A stretch of 64,000 bases of DNA, taken from positions 1,824,001-1,888,000 of the forward strand of contig OZ220733.1 of the NCBI GenBank assembly GCA_965116875.1, read 5' to 3'. A program made the translations under genes and the position numbers. The notes under the pieces are model-generated. The model saw only the letters and a list, made by a program, of their open reading frames with translations, did no database searches and had not been told where the DNA came from. Positions 12,700 through 22,463 of this stretch are shown here, piece after piece. Every line of letters starts with the position of its first letter. Position 1 is the first letter of the stretch. The DNA is from Candidatus Latescibacterota bacterium (GTDB lineage: Bacteria; Latescibacterota; UBA2968; GCA-2709665).

Positions 12700-13100
12700 G
12701 GTCGTGTTTATTCACAATCAGCGCTGTGAATAACTATCGCCGGTTCCCACGGAATTTTTGTCAGAATTACGATTTCAAATGTATATTTATACGATAGATA
12801 TGAGTGTTACTCACCACTTGACAACCGGAACCGGTCCATGTGGAAAATTCTCTGGAGGAATTGTGGAACAGAAGAGCATCGATGGAATCCACGGGCGAAC
12901 GCGTGAACAACACGCGGCATATCCACATGTTTTCCATAACGATCCAACATCATAGCAAACGCGTTTTCCTGCGAGAGGCCGCCCTGAATCCACCTTCTCC
13001 ACTTTCCTCACATTCATGTAGTTGTTGTATCTTGAAATCCATGGAGTAAGTAATCAAAAACACTATAAATCAAATACAGCATGTCTCTTGTGGATATCGT
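12700..13100. promoter_or_regulatory. Probable oriC: DnaA-box cluster in the dnaA-dnaN spacer
   Basis: Perfect TTWTNCACA matches at 12708-12716 (+), 12725-12733 (-) and 12839-12847 (-). One-mismatch boxes at 12862, 12919 and 13089. AT-rich stretch at 12771-12804. Confidence 0.8.
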
Positions 13101-13211
13101 CGCGCATTATCAAAGAAAAGACCGATTCATAATACTGAATCGGTCTTTTCATGTGTCAGGGCCTGTGAAAGTACCCGCACCGGTCTGTCCGTACGCCGCT
13201 CATCGAAAGGC

Positions 13212-14639
13212 TCAGGCCGACGCGAACTGTTGAACCCGGTTCTGGATCCGGCTGACAAGAGCCTGGAAATCCGGATCGTCTGCAAGCCTGGCAGCGATGT
13301 TTTTGCACGCGTGAATGACTGTTGTATGATCCCGATTCCCAAACTCAGTGCCGATTGACTTGAGCGGCGCCTGTGTGAGGCTTCTGCAGAGGTACATGCA
13401 TATATGTCGTGCCGTTGCGATTTCCTGCCTGCGGGTGGCGCCGGTCAACATTTCCACCGAAATATTGAAGTATCCGGCGGTACGTCTCTGAATCTCGCGG
13501 ATGCTGATGGTCGGCGAAGTGATGGATTTTACGCGTCCGAGACTCTTTATGGTATCCCTTGCGATTTCGAGCGAGACGGGCGCGCGTTTATATACCGAAA
13601 AAGTTATGAGTTGGGTAAGCGCACCTTCCAGCTCCCGGACGTTTGAATTGATCTGTTCAGCCATGAAACGGGCTACTTCCGCGGGAATCCGGACGCCATG
13701 ATCGCCGGCTTTCTGATTGATGATCGCCATCCGCGTCTCCAGGTCAGGCCGGTCGATATCCGTAACGAGGCCCCACTGGAATCGCGAGATAAGTCTGTCC
13801 TCGAATCCCTTCAGGGTTGACGGGGGACGGTCTGAACTCAGGACGATCTGTTTGTTCAGTTGATATAATGTATTGAATGTGTGGAGGAGTTCGCGTTGGC
13901 ATGCCTCGGTCTTCACGTAGAACTGAATGTCGTCGATCAGCAGGATGTCGGCGTTTCGATAAATCTCGACGTAGGCCGACGTATCCTGTTTCTGAATGGC
14001 TTTCAGATAGTCGGTGAAGAACTTTTCGGCGGATGTATACACGACGCGCCCGGCCGTGCCGTTGCGTACGCAATAATCGGCGATCGCCTGCAGCAGGTGC
14101 GTTTTCCCGAGGCCCACGCCACTGTAGATGACGAGAGGATTGTAGGATGTTGCGCCTGGCGACTCCGCGACGGCTCTCGCCGCCGTAAAGGAGAATTGAT
14201 TGCTCTCGCCGACGATGAAATCTTCGAACCGGTATCGGGGGTTCAGCGGAAATACGGCTTCGGAAACGGGACCGGGAACGACCGGTTCTTTCGAGGGCGC
14301 GGGCTTTCGCTCGGAAACCGAACCGTCAGTTGTCAGGAAGTCCAGTGGCGCCCCTGCCGAAGCGGGCGTATTTTTCTTGACGGAGAACCTGATCTCGGGC
14401 GCCCATGATGTAATCTCTTCTATTGTAGACCGGATGAGATCAAGCCAATGCTCCTCCAGCCAGTCTACGAAAAAGGTCGTTGGCACCTCGATTACGGCAA
14501 GTCTGTCGTCAAGCTGCGTTGAGGATGTCTGGGCGAACCATGTGCCGTAGGCATTCGCCTCGATCTTCCCCTCGATCTTCCGCAAACACTGGTCCCAGAG
14601 GCCGGAATGTTTGTCAACCATGGAGACAAAACCGCCCAT
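13212..14639 (-). CDS. dnaA: Chromosomal replication initiator DnaA
   Basis: YNPLVIYSGVGLGKTHL, LLIDDIQ, NVRELEGAL, RDHTTVIH; start could also be 14621. Confidence 0.98.
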   Translation of the reverse strand: MGGFVSMVDKHSGLWDQCLRKIEGKIEANAYGTWFAQTSSTQLDDRLAVIEVPTTFFVDWLEEHWLDLIRSTIEEITSWAPEIRFSVKKNTPASAGAPLDFLTTDGSVSERKPAPSKEPVVPGPVSEAVFPLNPRYRFEDFIVGESNQFSFTAARAVAESPGATSYNPLVIYSGVGLGKTHLLQAIADYCVRNGTAGRVVYTSAEKFFTDYLKAIQKQDTSAYVEIYRNADILLIDDIQFYVKTEACQRELLHTFNTLYQLNKQIVLSSDRPPSTLKGFEDRLISRFQWGLVTDIDRPDLETRMAIINQKAGDHGVRIPAEVARFMAEQINSNVRELEGALTQLITFSVYKRAPVSLEIARDTIKSLGRVKSITSPTISIREIQRRTAGYFNISVEMLTGATRRQEIATARHICMYLCRSLTQAPLKSIGTEFGNRDHTTVIHACKNIAARLADDPDFQALVSRIQNRVQQFASA

Positions 14640-15099
14640 ACGTTAGCGATGGAACTGAGCCATCGCCAAGCCCGATTTGCTATATATGAGAGAGTTGGCG
14701 GGGAAGTAAGCCGAGCCCTGCCGGAAGCCAGAAGATCATCTATGGAGGGAGGATTGCAGAAGATATTCTGGGGGGATGGAATTCACGGCAGATAAAGAGG
14801 TGAATTCCTCACAAGCGGACAATACAAAGTCCTGCCGGCGGCTGACCGGCCAAATTAAAAGTCAAATGCGAGTATAAATATAGTATACGGGGGAGCCGCC
14901 GAAGGAACAGCCTCGGCGATCAGGATGGGGCCAAACTAAAGAATGGAATCGCAAAAGTCAAGACCTTTTTGGCCGATTTTTCAGTTAATTTTATGAGAAA
15001 AATTCAAAGGTGTCGAGATACGTTATAATGTATCAAATATTATATATACACAATATATAGTAGTATTTTTCATAAACTTACCGTTGCCGACGAAATCCC

Positions 15100-15128
15100 T
15101 TGACAAAGATTCGCTCCCCGTCTATATT
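15100..15128 (+). promoter_or_regulatory. Sigma70 promoter of the rpmH-rnpA-yidC operon
   Basis: TTGACA-17 bp-TATATT, preceded by an AT-rich tract. Confidence 0.75.
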
Positions 15129-15196
15129 CATAACTTCCTACAATTCATCTAGATACAACAACGGTCGTTCTTCGCGCAAAGCATGGACAATTCCCA

Positions 15197-15331
15197 ATGA
15201 AGCGGACGTTCCAGCCCAGCAACCGGAAACGTAAGAACAAACACGGTTTTCGCCATCGCATGCGAACCCCAGGCGGTCGTCAGATCTTTTCCAGGCGTCG
15301 CCGAAAAGGCCGCGTTCGGGTCTCTTTTTAG
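15197..15331 (+). CDS. rpmH: 50S ribosomal protein L34
   Basis: Below the ORF-track cutoff; manual translation [44 protein letters not shown]. Confidence 0.97.
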   Translation: MKRTFQPSNRKRKNKHGFRHRMRTPGGRQIFSRRRRKGRVRVSF

Positions 15332-15335
15332 CCTC

Positions 15336-15680
15336 ATGTCCGGGACATTGGGCCGTCTGCGCAGGGAGGTCCGGCATCTACGGCGAACCGGTTCGGTATT
15401 CAGGGGCCGCTGGCTTCACGTCCGTGCCGGTAAATCCACAGAAGAGCGTATTATCATCTCCGTGCGCAAGCGGTATGGAAAGGCGGTCGCGCGAAATCGC
15501 GCACGGCGGCGAATTCGTGCAATCTGCAGGGAGATGGAGCCGCACCGCAGCACGGGTCATCTGGTCATCATATCAGTCGGCGACGGGTCGGCCGCTGCAG
15601 GGTTCCGGGACTTGCGCAGTGATATCGTCGCTGCGTTCGAAAAACAGGGTCTGCTCCGCGGCCCGGCCATCCCGACGTAG
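15336..15680 (+). CDS. rnpA: Ribonuclease P protein component
   Basis: RNR motif KRYGKAVARNRARRRIR; directly after rpmH. Confidence 0.92.
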   Translation: MSGTLGRLRREVRHLRRTGSVFRGRWLHVRAGKSTEERIIISVRKRYGKAVARNRARRRIRAICREMEPHRSTGHLVIISVGDGSAAAGFRDLRSDIVAAFEKQGLLRGPAIPT

Positions 15681-15766
15681 CATTCCGTTGATCGAGTCGC
15701 TCTGCAGTCCTGCCAGTGACGTCCTGGCAGGCAGGTAGCCCGGATGGACTCTCTCAACGGACTGGT
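15679..15766. mobile_element. MITE family A, short copy
   Basis: AGCATTCCGTTGATCGAGTCGCTCTGCAG...GTAGCCCGGATGGACTCTCTCAACGGACTGGT; overlaps the rnpA stop. Confidence 0.65.
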
Positions 15767-15983
15767 AGGGGTTGCTTCCTCGTTGAATCGCCCTCCGCTC
15801 AGTCTTCGGTTGTGTATCTCCCCCCTCATCACGCCCACCGCCGGAATTCCGACCCGGAAACAGATCATCGAGAATCGGCCGATGCGTCTGACCCGACGGC
15901 AAAGGGTCGGCACAGGATGGCGCTTTGAATGCGCCACCTTCCGGTCTTCTTCCAGCAGGTCCTCGACAATACAGGTCTGACGG

Positions 15984-17666
15984 ATGGATAAGCGTACAAT
16001 CTTCGCATTTGTTTTGATCGGCCTGATCATTATTCTCTATCCCCATTATATGGAGTGGATAATGGGACCGGAAGTACCGATTTCGCCACCTGAACCGGTC
16101 CCCGTCGAAAGCCTGCGGACGCCGCCTCCTCCAACGGCCGACCGCCCCGTCCATTCGCCCGAAATTGCGTCTGAAGCGCCGCGGATCCCATTTACCGAAC
16201 AGCCGGACAGGCGAACCGCCCCCGGAGAATTCGCCTCCCGGGACGTCGTTGTGGAGACCGATCTCTTTACCGCCACGTTCAGCACTCGCGGCGGGGTGCT
16301 GAACCGGCTTGTGCTGAAGGCCTACGAACATCCCGACGGCGGTCAGCTCGATCTGATCGCTCCCGGGAGTACCGCTCTGGGTCTTTCACTGGCCGGTGAG
16401 CCGCTGGATGCATACGAGTTTTCCACTGACACACCCGGACTCACGCTGGTCGGCGCGGAACAGGCCGAGCTGATCTTCAGGTGCCAGGCGGGAACCCGCA
16501 CGATCGAGAAACGGATCCGATTCCAGGGCAACCGCTACCGCGCGGACATGGCGGTGGCCGTTTCCGCGCTGCAGCCTCAGGAAAAGCTGGGGGTCGGATG
16601 GTCGGGCAGCCTGGCCGATACCGAGAACAACCCCGAAGAGAACGCGGCCTATACGTCGGTGGTTACGCGTGCGGGCGGCGAGGTGGAAACCTGGAACGTG
16701 GAGGATATGGGACCCGACGGCGACCCCCCGCCCGGCGGCAGGATCTCCTGGATCGGAATCAGGAACAAATACTTTCTGGTCGCCCTGATTCCCCCGGAAG
16801 GCAGCTATGGCCTGAATATGGCCGGCGACATGCGCGATATCGCCGAGTGGTACGACGTCGAAATCCTTTCGAAAGGGGTCGATCCGGGACAGCGCTACGG
16901 CGTCTATTTCGGTCCGATCTCCTACGATCGGCTCCGGCAGCAGAATCAGGATCTGTCCGGCAGTTTCCGGGAACTGGAGATGGAGGAGTTCATGGAGTAC
17001 GGTTTTGCCATCTTCCGTCCCATCATCAAACCCATCACCAATCTGAATCTCAGAGCGTTTCTCGCGCTCCATCCCCTGATTCCGAACTATGGTCTGGTCA
17101 TTATCGTCTTTTCCGTGCTGATCAAAATCGTGGTGTTTCCGCTGACGCACAAGAGTCTCGAGGCTGCCGCCAGGATGCAGCAGCTTCAACCCAGGATCGC
17201 CGCGATGCGCGAGAAATACCCGGACGACCAGCAGAAGGTCAGCCGGGAAATGATGAAGCTCTACAAGGAGGAGGGCGTCAACCCGCTCGGGGGCTGCCTG
17301 CCGATGGTCATCCAGATGCCCATCCTCTTTTCGCTGTTCAACGTGTTCAGGGGAGCAATCGAACTCCGGCAGTCCGAGTTCGTATTCTGGATTACGGACC
17401 TGTCGCAGCCGGACCGGTTATACATCGGCGGTTTTGAAATCCACCTTCTGCCGCTGTTGATGGCCGTTTCCACGTTTGTACAGTCAAAAATGACCATGAA
17501 GGATCCGAAACAGGCGTTCATGGTCTACCTAATGCCCGTTTTCATGACCTGGATTTTCTGGAGCATGTCGTCCGGTCTGGTGCTCTACTGGACCATGTTC
17601 AACGTGCTCACCATTTTACAGCAGCAAGTCATGGAACGCGTGAAGCGTGTGCTGGGCACACGCTGA
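15984..17666 (+). CDS. yidC: Membrane protein insertase YidC
   Basis: N-terminal TM, periplasmic domain, GVNPLGGCLPMVIQMPI, GLVLYW. Confidence 0.96.
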   Translation: MDKRTIFAFVLIGLIIILYPHYMEWIMGPEVPISPPEPVPVESLRTPPPPTADRPVHSPEIASEAPRIPFTEQPDRRTAPGEFASRDVVVETDLFTATFSTRGGVLNRLVLKAYEHPDGGQLDLIAPGSTALGLSLAGEPLDAYEFSTDTPGLTLVGAEQAELIFRCQAGTRTIEKRIRFQGNRYRADMAVAVSALQPQEKLGVGWSGSLADTENNPEENAAYTSVVTRAGGEVETWNVEDMGPDGDPPPGGRISWIGIRNKYFLVALIPPEGSYGLNMAGDMRDIAEWYDVEILSKGVDPGQRYGVYFGPISYDRLRQQNQDLSGSFRELEMEEFMEYGFAIFRPIIKPITNLNLRAFLALHPLIPNYGLVIIVFSVLIKIVVFPLTHKSLEAAARMQQLQPRIAAMREKYPDDQQKVSREMMKLYKEEGVNPLGGCLPMVIQMPILFSLFNVFRGAIELRQSEFVFWITDLSQPDRLYIGGFEIHLLPLLMAVSTFVQSKMTMKDPKQAFMVYLMPVFMTWIFWSMSSGLVLYWTMFNVLTILQQQVMERVKRVLGTR

Positions 17667-17678
17667 GGGTATGTCCGG

Positions 17679-19028
17679 ATGAGACCGTCGGACCGCGATA
17701 CCATTGTCGCAATCGCCACCGGTCACGGCGAGGCAGCGATAGGCATCGTTCGGCTCTCGGGTCCGGAGGCGGTAGGAATTGCCTCCGGTTTTTTTTGTGG
17801 TTCGCCTGAACTGAACCGGGTCGGGGACCGGCGCCTGACGTACGGGAGATTCGTCGTCGGAGACCGGGATCTTGATGAAGTCCTGGTCTCTGTGATGAGG
17901 GGTTCGCGGTCGTTTACCGGCGAGGATACGGTCGAATTCAACTGCCACGGAGGCCCTCTGCTTCTGCGGCGCGCGATGGAGGCCCTCGTGTCTGCGGGCG
18001 CCCGTCCGGCTGAACCGGGTGAATTCACCCGGCGGGCATTTCTGAATGGCCGAATCGACCTCACGCAGGCGGAAGCCATCGCGGATATGATCACCGCAAG
18101 GGCGGACCGAAGTCTTCAGTCCGCATACTTTCAGTTGCGCGGCGGTTTGAGATCCAGGTTCGAGGATTTGGCGGAAGCCCTTCGGGATTCGCTGACGTTG
18201 CTCGAGGCAGGGCTCGATTTTTACGAAGACGCGGAGGTCGAGCAGGACGCCATAGGCCCATCGCTGAAGCGGGCATCGGAAGAAATCGAGCGCTTGAGCG
18301 CCTCCTACCGCCACGGAAAGGTGATCCGCGACGGCGCGCTTGTTGCGCTGGCGGGACCTCCCAACGCGGGCAAGTCGAGCCTGCTCAACCGGCTGCTGGA
18401 AGAGGACCGGGCGATCGTGTCGCCGGTTTCCGGAACGACGCGAGATACAATTGAAGAGTCCATCACGCTGGATGGCATTCGCGTAACGCTGGTCGACACG
18501 GCCGGTATCGCACAGCCTCGGGACGCCATCGAGCGGGAAGGCGCCCGCCGGTCACGGGAAGCGATCGCCAGGGCGGCGCTTGTGCTGCTGGTCGTGGATG
18601 CGTCCGTCCCCGCAGCCGACGGACTGGAAGAGATGGTCTCGGACGTGGATCCCGCCAATGTGGTTCTCGTAAAGAACAAGAATGACCTGGGTCTCCACGC
18701 CGACTGGCGGGGAGATCGCTCATCTCAGGACCTTGCGGTGTCGGCCCTTACCGGGGAGGGCCTCGGCCGTCTCAGGAAACGCGTCGCCGGGCGGGTCGTG
18801 ACGGCATCCGATCCCGACGCCGTTACGCACGCACGCCACGCCGAGGCGTTGCGGCGCGCGGGGGACGCTCTTGGCCGGGCGACGGGGGCGCTGGATCAGG
18901 GGCTGCCGAGAGAAGTGATCGCGGTCGAACTGAGGGAGGCGGCCGACGCATTGGCCGAGATTGTCGGTGAGATTACGTCGGACGAGATCCTGGACCGGAT
19001 CTTCAGTACGTTTTGTATCGGTAAATAG
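17679..19028 (+). CDS. mnmE: tRNA modification GTPase MnmE
   Basis: DTIVAIAT, GEFTRRAFLNG, GPPNAGKS, GTTRD, DTAG, C-terminal FCIGK. Confidence 0.97.
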   Translation: MRPSDRDTIVAIATGHGEAAIGIVRLSGPEAVGIASGFFCGSPELNRVGDRRLTYGRFVVGDRDLDEVLVSVMRGSRSFTGEDTVEFNCHGGPLLLRRAMEALVSAGARPAEPGEFTRRAFLNGRIDLTQAEAIADMITARADRSLQSAYFQLRGGLRSRFEDLAEALRDSLTLLEAGLDFYEDAEVEQDAIGPSLKRASEEIERLSASYRHGKVIRDGALVALAGPPNAGKSSLLNRLLEEDRAIVSPVSGTTRDTIEESITLDGIRVTLVDTAGIAQPRDAIEREGARRSREAIARAALVLLVVDASVPAADGLEEMVSDVDPANVVLVKNKNDLGLHADWRGDRSSQDLAVSALTGEGLGRLRKRVAGRVVTASDPDAVTHARHAEALRRAGDALGRATGALDQGLPREVIAVELREAADALAEIVGEITSDEILDRIFSTFCIGK

Positions 19029-19076
19029 CGGAAAGGCGGGGAGACGGAAGAAGAAATGCGGGGAGAGGGCAGAGGG

Positions 19077-19204
19077 GAGACGGGAGAAAAAATGCGGGTA
19101 GACGGGAGACGTAAGACGGTAGATGAGATCATTGCCGGGTATGTTATTCCTCGTTGCCTCCGGCACGAGAGAAAACCTCACAGGGCAGGAAATCTCTCCC
19201 CTCT
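19077..19204. repeat. 128-bp dispersed repeat, copy 1
   Basis: Reads identical to 22336-22463; diverged inverted copy near 40520-40645; flanked by GACGGGA/GACGGTA-type heptamers. Confidence 0.9.
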
Positions 19205-19227
19205 CCCGTCTCCCCGCCTTTGCATTT

Positions 19228-19252
19228 GTAGGGGCGACCCTTGTGGTCGCCC
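19228..19252 (+). repeat. GTAG-type REP, single copy
   Basis: GTAG-GGGCGACC-CTTGT-GGTCGCCC hairpin. Confidence 0.8.
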
Positions 19253-19318
19253 GCCTGATCCCGGTTCGCTTTTGATCTATGCTGACAGCTGAAGACTGAT
19301 AGCTGATAGTTTTTTTGA

Positions 19319-19334
19319 TGTTCCACGTGAAACA
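19319..19334. promoter_or_regulatory. parS site
   Basis: TGTTCCACGTGAAACA matches the ParB-binding consensus TGTTNCACGTGAAACA; origin-proximal. Confidence 0.9.
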
Positions 19335-19391
19335 TCGGGTGCGGTCTATGGAATCGGCGTGTGGCGTTTTTCGGACGTTCGGGGAGGAGCG

Positions 19392-20036
19392 GTGACCGAT
19401 CAGCAATTCCTGGCGGCGGCGGAAGCGTTGTCAGGCAGGCTGTCTGATGAGCAGGCCACGGCGTTCGAACAATATGAGGCGTTGTTGAGGACCTGGTCCG
19501 GGCGTGTGCGACTGGTTTCCCGGGGGGATCGGGACAAGATCAGGGAACGCCACTTTATCGACAGTCTGCGGCTGACCCCTTTTCTGCCCCGCGGCGGGAT
19601 TACGTTGCTGGACCTGGGATCGGGTGCGGGTTTTCCGGGCGTGCCGATCAAGATCGCCCGCCCGGAGGTGAAGGTTGTGCTGCTGGAGTCGGCGCGCATG
19701 AAGGGGCTTTTCCTGAACCACCTGGCGGGAGAACTCAAACTGGACGGGCTGTCCGTTTTGGCCGAGCGGGCGGAGGACGCCGGCGAGCGTGCCGAACATC
19801 GCGGGAGATACGATATTGTAACGGCTCGGGCGGTGGGCGCGCTGCCCCTCCTCTGGCGCCTTTCGTCGGGATTCCTCAAGAAAGACGGTGAGTTGCTGGC
19901 GTTGAAGGGTCCCGGCGCGCTCAGGGAAGCAGAGGAACTCGGCCCCGACGGCCCGGTTGTTTCCATCGAATCCATGGAGACCGGAAGGCCCCACGGGAAC
20001 ATGATGCTCGTCCGGATCTCGGCGCGTCGCGAGTGA
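19392..20036 (+). CDS. rsmG: 16S rRNA m7G527 methyltransferase RsmG
   Basis: RHFIDSL, LDLGSGAGFPG, TARAV, LKG; GTG start after GGAGGAG. Confidence 0.94.
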   Translation: MTDQQFLAAAEALSGRLSDEQATAFEQYEALLRTWSGRVRLVSRGDRDKIRERHFIDSLRLTPFLPRGGITLLDLGSGAGFPGVPIKIARPEVKVVLLESARMKGLFLNHLAGELKLDGLSVLAERAEDAGERAEHRGRYDIVTARAVGALPLLWRLSSGFLKKDGELLALKGPGALREAEELGPDGPVVSIESMETGRPHGNMMLVRISARRE

Positions 20037-20435
20037 TTACTCGTCCTGAACGAGTTCGATCAGGACGCCCGATGTGCTCCTGGGATGGATGAAAGCCACC
20101 TGTCTCCCGAGCGCGCCCGTCCTGATCGCGCCGGATAACGTGAGCCCCTCTTCTTCGCAGGTTGAGACTGCCGCTTCGATATCCTTGACCCGGATCGCGA
20201 CGTGGTGCAGGCCCGGCCCGCGCCCCGAAAGGAATCGGGCGAGAGAACTCCCGTCGTGCAGCGGTTCGAGGAGTTCTACTCTGGTCAGGCCGGCGCCACC
20301 GAGAAATACGGCCCGGACGCCTTCTGAATCTACGGTTTCATCCTCCATCTTTTCGAACCCCAGCATGGAATAGACGGCCAGGGTCCGTTCAATCTCCTCC
20401 ACAGCGATGCCCACGTGGTCCACACGTCCGTCCAC
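20037..20435 (-). CDS. mce: Methylmalonyl-CoA epimerase (VOC family)
   Basis: DHVGIAV, VELLEP, GPGLHHVA, FIHPRSTSGVLIELV; GTG start just after the mutase stop. Confidence 0.9.
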   Translation of the reverse strand: MDGRVDHVGIAVEEIERTLAVYSMLGFEKMEDETVDSEGVRAVFLGGAGLTRVELLEPLHDGSSLARFLSGRGPGLHHVAIRVKDIEAAVSTCEEEGLTLSGAIRTGALGRQVAFIHPRSTSGVLIELVQDE

Positions 20436-20437
20436 GA

Positions 20438-22273
20438 CTATCCTCCCGGTCTGTAGGATCCAAAGACAGCGCGCATCCTGTCCGATATCTCGCCCACGGT
20501 CGCGCCGGCGGAACAGGCCGCCACAACCGCGTCGGTGATCGACCCCCCACACCTCGCCCGCCGTTCGACGACGTCCAACGCTTCGTTCGTCGCGTCGGTG
20601 TCCCGCAGGCTTCGCGCGCTCGCTAGCCTGCTCTTCTGCGTGTCTTCGGTTTCCTGCGGAGGCTGGAAAGCCGAAGCCGGCGGATCCGCGGCGTCCTGAT
20701 ACCGGTTAACCCCCACCACCACGGTCTCGCCCGATTCGATTTGTTTCTGCGCATCGTATGCGGATTCCGCGATACAGGCCGCGGTGAAGCCGCTTGCGGC
20801 GGCCTGCGCCGCGCCGCCCTCCCGGTCGACCGACTCGAGAACGGCAACAGCTTCCTCCTCCAGGTCATCGGTTATCCGTTCCACGGCACAGGACCCGCCC
20901 ATGGGATCCACGGTGTCGGGGATGCCGCTTTCGTATGCGAGGACCTGCTGGGTGCGGACAGCCATCCGCGCTCCGGAGTCAGACGGTAGCCCGAGCGCTT
21001 CGTCATAGGCGTTGACGTGCAGGGACTGCGCGCCGCCCAGGACCGCCGCCAGGGCCTGCAGGGTGGTACGCGCGCAGTTGTTCAGGGGTTGCTGGGCCGT
21101 GAGTGTCGAGCCGGCGGTCTGGGCGTGGAATCTCAGTCGCCGGGAACGCAGGTCCTGCACACCCAGGCGCTCAACCACGAGCCGGTTCCAGAGTCGCCTT
21201 GCCGCACGAAATTTGGCGATTTCTTCCAGGAAATGGTTGTGGACGCCAAAAAAGAAAGAGAAGTTCGGGAGAACCCGCTCAAGTTCGAGGCCGGCCTCGC
21301 GGGCGGCATCGGCGTACGCCAGGGCGTGGGCGAGTGTAAAACCAAGCTCTTGTGCGGCGGTTGCGCCGGCTTCTCTCATGTGGTAGCCGCTAACGCTGAC
21401 GGGATTCCATTTCGGCGCCTCCCGGAGACAATAGCCCATCAGGTCCACGACGAGACGCATCGATTCGGCGATCGGGAAGATATATGTTCCACGTGAAACA
21501 TATTCCTTGAGAATGTCGTTCTGGACCGTGCCGGAAAGCGCCGATGCCGGCAATCCGCGCTTTTTTCCGAGGGCCGCGTACAGGGCGAACAGGATGCTCG
21601 CCGTCGCATTGATGGTCATGGACGTGCTGATGCGGTCCAGCGGGATTTCATCGAACAGGGTTTCCAGGTCCCACAGGCCGTCCACCGCCACGCCCACCCG
21701 GCCCACCTCGCCTTCCGCATTCGGATGGTCCGAGTCATAGCCCATCTGCGTGGGCAGGTCGAACGCCACGCTCAGGCCGGTCTGGCCCGTTTCGAGCAGG
21801 GCGCGAAAGCGGGCATTGGTCTCCGCCGGGGTGGAAAATCCCGCGTACTGGCGGATGGTCCAGAGGCGCCCGCGATACATGGTGGGATATGCGCCGCGAG
21901 TGAAGGGCGGCTCGCCCGCCCGCCCGATCCGGTCCGGGGGGCGCTCTACCCGCGCGACCCCGGGTCGTTGGTGGTCGCCTTCGGCGGCGCCGCCCTGCTC
22001 GCGGCCCGCAGGTTCGGCAATCATTCCAGCCATGTCGTCGAAAAGGCGCCTGGCTTCTTTTGTACCGGCGCGCTGTCTGTACGCCTGAACCAGGAGCGCC
22101 CTGGGGTCCAGGTCAAGGACGGTCGCCAGGTCGAGACACCGCTCATCCGAGGGAATGCGTTTTCCGTTTTCTATCTGTCCGATGTAGGTACCCCAGACGC
22201 CGATCTTCTCGCCCAGCCCGTGCTGGCTGAACCGGCCCCTGCGCGCCTTTTCGATCATTTCTCCCAGGGTCAT
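20438..22273 (-). CDS. Methylmalonyl-CoA mutase substrate-binding (large) subunit with N-terminal XRE-family HTH
   Basis: PFTRG..WTIRQYAGF, GLSVAFDLPTQMGYDSD, GTVQNDILKEY, SVSGYHMREAG; no B12-binding domain; the first ~65 aa look like an XRE HTH. Confidence 0.88.
   Translation of the reverse strand: MTLGEMIEKARRGRFSQHGLGEKIGVWGTYIGQIENGKRIPSDERCLDLATVLDLDPRALLVQAYRQRAGTKEARRLFDDMAGMIAEPAGREQGGAAEGDHQRPGVARVERPPDRIGRAGEPPFTRGAYPTMYRGRLWTIRQYAGFSTPAETNARFRALLETGQTGLSVAFDLPTQMGYDSDHPNAEGEVGRVGVAVDGLWDLETLFDEIPLDRISTSMTINATASILFALYAALGKKRGLPASALSGTVQNDILKEYVSRGTYIFPIAESMRLVVDLMGYCLREAPKWNPVSVSGYHMREAGATAAQELGFTLAHALAYADAAREAGLELERVLPNFSFFFGVHNHFLEEIAKFRAARRLWNRLVVERLGVQDLRSRRLRFHAQTAGSTLTAQQPLNNCARTTLQALAAVLGGAQSLHVNAYDEALGLPSDSGARMAVRTQQVLAYESGIPDTVDPMGGSCAVERITDDLEEEAVAVLESVDREGGAAQAAASGFTAACIAESAYDAQKQIESGETVVVGVNRYQDAADPPASAFQPPQETEDTQKSRLASARSLRDTDATNEALDVVERRARCGGSITDAVVAACSAGATVGEISDRMRAVFGSYRPGG
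21485..21500. promoter_or_regulatory. parS site inside the mutase CDS
   Basis: TGTTCCACGTGAAACA, identical to 19319-19334. Confidence 0.85.
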
Positions 22274-22335
22274 CTTCGGAGTCTCCGTTGCAAGGCGGAA
22301 AAAAGGTAGAAGAAAGGCGGGTAGACGGTAGACGT

Positions 22336-22463
22336 GAGACGGGAGAAAAAATGCGGGTAGACGGGAGACGTAAGACGGTAGATGAGATCATTGCCGGGTA
22401 TGTTATTCCTCGTTGCCTCCGGCACGAGAGAAAACCTCACAGGGCAGGAAATCTCTCCCCTCT
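22336..22463. repeat. 128-bp dispersed repeat, copy 2
   Basis: Direct repeat of 19077-19204. Confidence 0.9.

Noticed and set aside
15767-15983. yidD between rnpA and yidC
   Set aside because: No CRFxPTCS-like motif seen in the translated frames.
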